From Catajapyx aquilonaris (lineage: Eukaryota), in NCBI GenBank assembly GCA_000934665.2, contig JYFJ02002255.1:1-60184 (forward strand): 60,184 nucleotides of DNA, written 5' to 3'. The notes beneath the pieces are model-generated. The model saw nothing but the letters and a program-made list of their open reading frames with translations, did no database searches and was not told the DNA's origin. The position numbers were made by a program, and so were the translations under genes. Below are positions 50,989 through 60,184 of the stretch, piece after piece; the stretch's first letter is position 1; every line of letters begins with the position of its first letter.

Positions 50989-51538
50989 ATGAACGTGCTA
51001 CATTCCGAACGCGCCACCATCCACGTGTCGGCCCCTAGCGTGCTGGGGGCCGCCCCTGGCCAGCAACCATCCACCTCTGCTGCATCCTCCCTGCCCCAAC
51101 GTTCCCCATTCGCAATACAAGAGCTCCTAGGGCTGGGCCCCGGGGCTGCTCACCATCATACTCATTCGCATCAGATGACACATCATCATCAAGAGCAACA
51201 GCATCAGCAACAGCAACAGCGGAGTCCGGCGGCAGGCATCTCGGCTGTTACGCCGAATAACTACGTAGGGGCTGCCCGCGGGCCGCCGCCGCCTCCCTTG
51301 CTGCCACAGCCAGCCTGCTTCGCCGATCCGCTCAACTCGATGTCCATGTCCATGTCGACGACCAGCCGCATGTACTTCAATGCACAGGCGGCGGCGGCTG
51401 CGGCGGCGGCGGCAGCTGCTTTTCTGCCCGCGGGCATGCCCTCGGCAGCGGTGCCGCCGCCGCCGCACATGGGCCCGCCATCGGCAGCCTCCGTCCTCGC
51501 TCTCGACCACTCGCTTCGCGGCCACGACCCCAGCTCAG
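50989..51538 (+). CDS. Vsx: Visual system homeobox (Vsx/Chx10 family) gene, first coding exon
   Basis: GC-rich ORF with eh1/octapeptide QRSPFAIQELLGL typical of Vsx proteins, plus His, Gln, Pro and Ala runs. Composition drops to AT-rich exactly at CAG|GCAAGT (51539). Homeodomain and CVC exons are not seen in the window, so the family call rests on the N-terminal motif. Confidence 0.82.
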
Positions 51539-54500
51539 GCAAGTCAAATATTTTAAAACTATTTGTTACACTGCACGGTAATAAGATTACACGCGTCGAG
51601 GTTGTTCGTTACGTGTTGTGTGTCCTCAAGTATTAGAGTAGGCATAATATATTGCAGCGCAATTTCTTCATGTGGAATGTGTATTGCAAGGCCATAATTC
51701 CACTCCTGTAACGTACATTACACTCCGACTTACTGCCAACTCCTTGTGGATTGCATGTCATCTTCAAAGAGCATATTTTAGTTACATGAGAGCAATTTTA
51801 TTATAAGGTAATGTATAAACGATAGCGAAATTCGGCTCCTTCTCTCTCGACGTATCAAATTGCATTATTAACTTAATTTCCTTGCGAGCATTTCCTGTCT
51901 CAGGCTTCAAAAAGAAGCGTTTTCTGATGTTAACTTCTGAAAATATAGCCTGTTTTAAATAATGCGAGAGGAAATACTGTAAGTGCGAATGGCATATTAT
52001 GTTGTAATTTTGTTACATGCAGTTTGTTTGCAGTAATAAAATTGTTGTCGTAGGTGTAAAAAAAAGTAGTTATAAAATGTAAATATGATAACTTTGGGGA
52101 AAGATTAAGCACATATTATGCAGTAGTTTTGATAACTAACTAAAGAGCAAATTCACCTAATTGCCTAAAACCTACTCTACGAAGTGTAGTTAAATAATAA
52201 TGCAGACTTGTAAAGTCACAATTTTATTTGTTTTGGAGAGGTCTACAAGTTTCGGGCAAAATGTGAGATACGCTTCATAGGCAAGTGCAAGAAATGAAAA
52301 AAAGGAATATAAATCAGTTCCAAATAATGATGTAGTGTTTTAGATTTCCTAAGTGTTTCTCCGAAGGGTGTCCTGAACATGAACACCGATCATGTACATG
52401 AGCATCGAAATACTTTTAAAAAATTATACCGTATGCAATTATTGGAAACGCCTTGTTTCTTTTCGCACGCAAATTAATGGTGGATCAAAATCATTTGCGA
52501 GGAAATAAAACGCATATCATTTGGCAGTACATTTTACGCGAGTATGTATATACAACGGGATATTAACTAAATTTTGTCATTTTCCACTGGAATTCAAGTG
52601 ACAGAGAATAATTATGTATGAACCATATGTTCAAATCAGAGCAATAATTCAAGACTCGGGAACATGCTATATGAGTCATTATAGTATTAGGCCAACCAGC
52701 AGGAAAAGCAGAAAAAGAATAATCTGCACGGCTTGGTAAACACCGGAAACATCACATTTAAAGCCCCATGACACCTAAAACCCTGTGGTCCACTCCGGTC
52801 TTTTTGGTCGCTCCGGTTCACGCCACTGCACTGAACTGTTGGTTCTCCGGATGTTCCCGTATTTAGATGATTTATTCCTGAATTCCTCTTCTGACACAAA
52901 TTCCAAAAATTCAGTTGTTCACCAGATTATTTTTCCGTTCACATATCGGCAAATTCCAATATTTTCCTCTATACACTATAGTTATAAATATTTCTACGGA
53001 CATAGGCACTGATATATTATGATGAGCGGAATCTCAGCTTGTGCCTCGCTGGCTGGTATAGTTATTTACTGAATAGCTTTATGTCCGCACTAATATATTA
53101 AAGAATTTCTGTGCAAAATTGGTAAAAATCTTTATTACTTATATATAAAAGCGGCGGCTTTACTAAATCTGATGGCAATAATTTTATAATCCGGCATTCT
53201 CGCAGAGATTAGTCCCGCGCTCGACGCTTTCATAATTATTTTTGTGTTATAGATAATTCGCATACTGATAGGTTCAAAATCGATTACCTGAAATATTAAT
53301 ATTAGCTTCTACTGTGTCCTTTGCAGAATGTATAATAGCGACGGCATAACATAACTAAGCTTTATATTCATTTTAAATATCCAATAACGGTGGATGCAAC
53401 GGTGATGATAATATTATAGGTTCTTATATTTTCTCGACATTGGAACTGAAAAATGTGCAATTTTCAATGATAATGCGGTACATGTATTATTTTGGCAGAA
53501 TTATATTTTGTGCGAATGTGGTTTTGTGGCGTTACTGTCGTAACATTGAGTATCATTGGACATGGCCGAAAACATTAAGCATCAAAATACAGTGGCAGTG
53601 AAATCTAATAATGAAGAATAAAAAGACAAAATGTCATATGTACGAGATGACGCACTCTGATTCGTGTATGAAAGTAAATTATATCTTAAAAGTTATTACG
53701 TTTGTTGTGCAAAATTAACACCTCCGTTGATAATGAGCCCCAACAACATGTAGGCTACATAATTTTATAATATACCGGTACGTACACCAAAAACATACAT
53801 TTTCGTATAAAAAGAACTTCGCCAGACATTCCCAATATTCGCCGAAATAACAATAACTGTCAGTATCACAATAAGACCACGCAGCAACGCACTGTCGACA
53901 CCAACAACAGTCAGTCATCATCATAATTTTCAATGCAAGTGCACTTTTCTTCTGATAAATTCATAAAACTTAATAATGTATTGTCGCAATGGTGCTGTGT
54001 GTCAAAAATACCGGAATATGCATGCCTCTATATTTGCGGCTCACACACGGTTTTATACTTTTCATAATGTCACAAGAAGAAACACAAGTTATTTGGGCGA
54101 ATACGGGTTATCCCGAAGATCGTCCTGAGGGGACGGACGAATCTGTTGAAAATTTTAAAGAATGACACAACTGCGCAATAATTATTACATATTGAAACAT
54201 ATTACCGCATAAGTATGTGATTTCTAATGCACTGTAGCCTTCTTAATTACGGTAAACAAAGCTATACCCCACCTAATTATTCGTACATGTCGTGAAACAG
54301 ATTTAATGATGTGACGTGAAGCAAATTCAAGCTATTTTTACATAGACAAAATTACAACAGTATAGGGCCTACCGTATACTAAGGTGTGATTGATGAAAAG
54401 GGTGTGCTGGTTTCAAGAAGATGTTTTTATTTAAAATATAATTGACTGGCCATTTTATATTTAAACTGTAAACTGAAAGCCACGGCCGCCGCCAGTGATG

Positions 54501-57500
54501 GGACCCATGTAATTTAAACTTTATAATAAAATAATAATGAGGTGAGCTTTGGCTCGGATATTAGATATGGACATAACTATAAGTTTTATTTGATCTTTTA
54601 CATTAAAGTAGAAGTCTATGTACCATGCCGTAACAAACGAATTCATGGGCCATTATAAAGATAGCAATTATGCTTAAAAGTAATTTTGATTGATTATTTT
54701 GGTATAGGCTACTAATGATTTGATGTGGTTAAGATGTTATGACGGAGTGGTTTTTCTTATTGAATTATTCACTGACGGTATGCAGTACTGGAAAATTAAT
54801 TGCCGATTAATATACATGTAAACACTGAAGCACGAAAAGAAGCATCCACATAACTTACTCAGTAATATCAATATAATGCACATTATTTTAATATGGTTAC
54901 ATTTTGCCAGGGTCATTGGAACATAAGTATAGATATGAAAACGTCACAGACCTACTACTGGGTGAATCACAAATTTTGATAAGTGTCGCTTCCCCAAAAT
55001 AAATAGTTCACACACGTATTGTGTATGAGTATATGATTTAATATTGCGCACATTCTCAAATACAATTTCAAACCAGTACCGCAGTTCGAAAAATGTGTTG
55101 TTTTTTCACTTCTGATGATTAGGCCTGTACACTCAGAGTAGGTCTATATCTTAAAATGCTTGCATGTATGTGGTCCTAAATATTTCGGTTATAAAGTCTG
55201 TTTTAAGTCTGTGTAGCCAAAATATTAGCAGTTCGAGAATAGTGCTGAGTAAATTGTGACAGAATTTCCTCTAATTTGATTGTTTATACAGGTCTGCTGT
55301 CCTGAACTGTATAGTTATCGCTCTTCCGCATATTTCTCTGTAACCCATCCAGTGTGGTGATATCTGAAAAGTTTTCAGTTTTAAGAATTCTTATTGGTAT
55401 ACAGTATATGGTGCAGTAAGTTTAGAGTTTTCGAAAGTTGATTTTCCCACCAAAACAGCCTATATTTCTTAGGCAGGCAGGAAAGTAACCACGACGCCTA
55501 CCGGAAATATTTGACTATGCAATAAGTTATATGTACCTTAAATATGCTGTAGCAGCTCCAGGGCACTTTGCAAAACTGAACTAAAACATGCAATGTAAAG
55601 AAACTTGCCGTTTGTGGATGTGTATAAAACGACTGGATGTATATAACTATTCGAAATCAAAATGCCAAATATAAATAATATCTAGGTGAAAACTGCTTTT
55701 GGACAACTACAATAAACATGGGGCGGTCCATGCGTGATGATTTGGATATGGGAACGACATCTAGTTATAGGCACTTACTGTATTTGATAGAAAAATAAAG
55801 TCACAGGAGGTGTAGGTGAGCCCACTGGACTATAGTAAGCTTTTTCTCTTTTTTTCTTATTGATCATGCATTAGGTCTAATATGAATAATTTGAGGCTAG
55901 TGTGTGGATAGTGTTGTGGGTTAAATAGAAAATCAATATCCGCATCTTAGACCAGTTGTATACAAACGCAAATTCCCGATAACAGCGATACATCAACAAT
56001 AACAAACTCAGTAGTTATCCTTGTCATGCTTTCACACAACCAGCTATTGTAGTTTATACTTAAGGAGTTAATTAATCAAGCGATATGAAAATACGTCGCA
56101 GCAAGGTACAGCAAGCATCTAAAAATAACTTAACAGGATTTTGAAGATAACATACATGATAAAATCAGCAATGTGTTGTCTGCAAATAATAATATGACAT
56201 GGGAAATAAATTGAATAGCGATTCACCTACAACCACTTCACACAATAATTTGTTGACCAAATCTAAGTACATAAAAACGGTCCAATTCAAATCCTTCAAC
56301 CCAGTGCAAGTTTGACTAACGCAATTATTATGTGCTTTGAGTACACGTGGGCCACAACTCAGATATTTGATTCCCCCTGGATGTAAACAGGAGTGAAAAG
56401 TAGCTGCAGAAATGTGGCATGAGCAAACGGATGAAAATGGGGATCTGATCATCACGCACCCGCTTTCCAAGCCCCCTTTCTTCTACTCTCCAGCAGCTCT
56501 TTCCCCCAGCATCCTTTATCCTTATTTCCTTCCCCTCTTCAATCCCCATTTCTCTATTTTGCCCTTCCCCCCCCCCCCCNCTCTCCATTCCTGTTGCCTT
56601 CCTATACTGGCTCTGCTCCTTTATTATCCTTTTGTGCACGCACTAATGGCCTACAACATATTCTGCAACACAACATATGTCCGCATGCATCATGATTAGT
56701 GCATACCGGTACTGTCTAGGTATAAATCAGATGCACAATATTGTTTCAAAATGACTCCAAAAGGGGGCATCAATAAAAAGAAGTAAAAGTATAACCCCCA
56801 TGTTGATCCAATCTAGCGTAATGAACATATTATTATTGTCAGGGACAAGACAACAATGCGACCAAGCAAATCCGTATCCCTTGTTGACTGGCTGAAAGAG
56901 GTAATCTGCTACATGGAAGGATTGATGATAGGCAGCGTTCTCAATGGGCCCCCAATTAGACTAATTGAAAGAGGAACCACGAGAAATTAGCAATTAGTGA
57001 AAAGTTCTTTGTGCAGCAACATGGGTAGAAGCGGCTTCCAATCACATATAAACCGATTCACTTTGTCATTTAGGCTGGGCTGTAATGGCGCATATCAAAG
57101 CTAATGACCGGCAGCAAAACCCAAATTTTGTGTATGAGAGAGTCTTTCATAATGCCACAATCGCGGATTGTTTACCCGCGGATAAAGCTACAGTCCTGCC
57201 CCCCTCAAATTGGCTCGGATGTACCACTTAATATTATTCTCATTCAGCAAAGAAGATTACCGAATTAATAGGATAATGTTCGCTTTTAAACGCAACCCCA
57301 CCCATTAGACTAACACTGATGGGTGCAAAAAGGAAAAGGCACACACGATATTGTCTTTTATCTTCCTTAACTGGCTACTTAGTCATTTGACAGTCAGGTT
57401 TCATTCACACTCATACAATTATTGTTATTATTACTGAACCGTGGCGGCCACATGTTATTTAAAATAATACTGAAATTTTGGTTATGTTTAATTGTGGGCA

Positions 57501-58448
57501 ATTCGTGCTCATTTGCTTTTTGTAGCATTTTGTACTCAGTCTACAGTAAATCATAGCGGGGTTCAATGTTGAAGTATTTACTTTTGAAAACTGCATAATC
57601 AGCACGTTGATAATGTGTAGCTTATGCAGAATAAAAAGCTTTCAAAATAGCTTTTGATAAAACTGTATATTTATAGTCCCTTTGATCCCGTCGAGGGAGA
57701 GCATAATAAACAGAAAGCTACTGATGACAATTAATTAATACACTGCATTGCACTACAATCATAAGCGCACATAAACATATCAGTTGAACCAAAATAATTT
57801 CTATCAGCAGGCTCATTAGACACTCGGTATATGAACAGTGAACACTATTGGGCACAAAATCAGCCACAATCGTGTCTGAATTGTGGAGGTAGTGGATTTT
57901 TTTTTAAAAAAAGTTACCGGTATGTGATCTGGTCCAGGTTAAGGGAATAGATATTGGCTGTGGGAGGTGGTTTGGAATTTCAGAGAGCGTTGTGGTGGAG
58001 TAGGGGAAGAGGGAAAGAGGAGAAAGAGAGAGAGAGAGAGAGCTACTGCAGTTTGGAGAATAAGAAGGAGGCTCTTCAGGACTCCATCTGCAAGTCTTAC
58101 GGAACGGATTTGTTCCTCAAAAGCCTCTGCCGTCAGATTCTGTCCGGATACTCCACCGTACAATCCATCCACTTACGTATTTCCCAAGAATCCTTCAAAA
58201 CCCACCCTACCAGCAATTTAAATCCCGCGACAGTCTCTTGATAGTCGAATTTGCACTCTCACACATGGAGGGTTGCTATTAAAATTAATCCGCCTCAAGT
58301 TCTCTGATAAGCTGATAACAATAATTACCGTACCTATACTTGTATAATAGTGATTAAAAATAAGTAGATAGCAACTAGCAAACTATTGGTGAGAAGTTGC
58401 TATTGGTGGAACAATTGCGTATTTCACATCGATACTATCTACCCACGC

Positions 58449-58499
58449 CACCATCGGTACACCATCAGTACACCATCAGTACACCATCGGTACACCATC
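58449..58499 (+). repeat. Minisatellite, 11 bp unit CACCATC(A/G)GTA x ~4.6
   Basis: Read directly from the sequence. Confidence 0.9.
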
Positions 58500-59837
58500 T
58501 GTGACTTCCGGTATCCAGCTTGCAGTAGCTGTGTGCATCAGTTGTTGATCTGGAATGCAGCCGGTACAGTTGACGCTCTCCCCATGTCCCAATCACTACC
58601 ACTCGCCTACCTCCCCCACCAGCAGCAGGGCTTTTTGGGATGGTCTACCTGGCTATAGAAATAATTGGGTTTGGGCTTCCCGTCTTGAGGGACAAGCAGG
58701 GGAGAACGTCACCCGATCCCAGCTTTTCAAGCGCAATTTCCGCGCTTTTGACTTGAGGCGAGCTTACAGGAGGGGTGGTGGTGGGGGAGGGGAGGGATGG
58801 GGAGAAGGCGAGGGGAGGGGTGGGGTGGGGGGTGGGGGGGCTACCCACAATGTTCTGTTTTGGGGATGAGGATGGATGGAACCGGCCTAGAATGGAGGCC
58901 CCCCACAGCCCACTTTGCTCGCACCAGCTTTTCTCTCCAAATTATTGTGAGTGGCATGGTCGCATCCCATATACCTGGGAGCCGCTGGAACTAGCGCCAA
59001 TATTCTACGTGTGTAAGAGCCAAGTTCAGTGGGAGAGGGGAGGGTGGGGCAATCAACGTGTTTTAGCATCGATGGGTTAAACTACTTAATGGCTTAACAT
59101 TTGAAATTCCGGTACTTCCGGTTTAGATGGAATTGATTATAAAGTTAGTCCGATTTGTCATCGATTTGCATTCTAATTGGTTTCAGTTTCCAGTGGTTGC
59201 TGTTATTTGAATAACCAGTGTCGTACTTCCGTAACTGACACAATACTGACTCCGCCTTTAGAGATCTAGTAGAAAGGGAGGTACAGTATTTACTCAATGG
59301 AAACATGGTAACGTATCTCAGGCCAGAGATCGTAACTTGAGAAAATCCGTGGAAAAAGTGAATAGCATGTATACAACGAACTGGGAATATGCCGTAGGCT
59401 AAATAAATAAATTGTTCAATTTTTGGAACAGTATTGAGTAATCTTAACAAAAAAAAAATGCTAAAGTAAATCACCTGGCCAATTTTGAATATCAGCGGTC
59501 CTTCGTTTTGAAGCAGTAAAAATATTGTCTTATTTCCTTTCCCCGAAAGCCCCCACTTTAAAATAATACTGTTGGGATATGACGTAAATAAGTATCAAAA
59601 ACTCGTTTCACCTCCAGTGATTTACAGTAGTTCCGTATATGACACAATCTCCATATCGAGAACTTTATTCCAGTCAGTGGCCAATGATGAACACAAAGGT
59701 TCCAATGACAGTGTCTGCCCCATGTTAGTGTAGTGTAGGCTACTATTGGTCTGAATATAGTTTCGGCCACTTTATCCTGGTCTTGAAGCAACCCTTCGCA
59801 CAGGCCCCACGGTGAGTGGGTGTGTGTGGGCGGGCGG

Positions 59838-60081
59838 GCATTGCTATCCTTGTGAGGTATTTTTTTACGCGTTTTCCTATCCTTGTGAGGAATTTTGTCA
59901 TTACGAGGCAGTTTTCCTGCACCTCATAGTGAACACACGACTCACAAAGATAGGGAAAAATGGAAAAAATACCTCATAAAGACAGTAAAAATATATTTCA
60001 CCAAAATTTCGTGTGTTTCCTTGTAGGTTAGGTTAGGTTAAAATTTTAGATTTTGGAAAAACCTCACAAGGATAGCAATGC
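59838..60081. mobile_element. MITE with internal (TAGGT)n
   Basis: 21 bp TIR GCATTGCTATCCTTGTGAGGT, subterminal copies of the same motif, and taggttaggttaggtta at ~60024-60040. Confidence 0.8.
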
Positions 60082-60184
60082 GCTCCTGTGTGATCAGGTC
60101 TTGACTAAGGTCTGGGGACGGAAGTCTGTGGTTTTACTGTAGCTGTGGGGACCAGTTCCAATTGTGGGGACATTTGTCGGTCCC

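Noticed and set aside
51539..51636. C-terminal ~32 codons of the 215 aa ORF
   Set aside because: AT-rich read-through past the probable splice donor; treated as intron.
60024..60040. (TTAGG)-like telomeric repeat
   Set aside because: Only ~3 units and internal to a MITE; not a telomere.
1..60184. CRISPR arrays, rRNA genes, prokaryotic operons
   Set aside because: None seen; the sequence has introns, SINEs and MITEs typical of an animal genome.

Overview
Eukaryotic DNA, probably from an insect or other arthropod (inferred from the SINE type and the homeobox gene). The first ~17 kb is a dense nest of mobile and duplicated DNA. It holds the 5' part of a Ty3/Gypsy LTR retrotransposon on the minus strand (LTR, tRNA-Lys PBS, intact gag, a -1 frameshift signal, protease, broken pol). 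It also holds four local copies, in both orientations, of a ~2 kb unit carrying the last two spliced exons of an unidentified gene (WSPDG motif, acidic tail, C-terminal NLS-like KRxK). These copies have been hit by several MITE families with clean target-site duplications. From ~17 to 50 kb there is no convincing coding sequence, only scattered SINEs, MITEs and fold-back elements. The first coding exon of a Vsx-type homeobox gene (eh1 motif RSPFAIQELLGL) starts at 50989 and appears to end at a non-canonical GC splice donor; the homeobox exons lie outside the window. The most unusual signal: comparing paralogous copies shows that recurrent short motifs (TAGGCTA, TAGGCCTA, TAGGGCCTA, TACAGTA, TACGGTA) are stereotyped micro-insertions at single TA dinucleotides, best explained as very frequent transposon excision footprints. 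All alignments were done by eye, so boundaries of degraded repeats are approximate.
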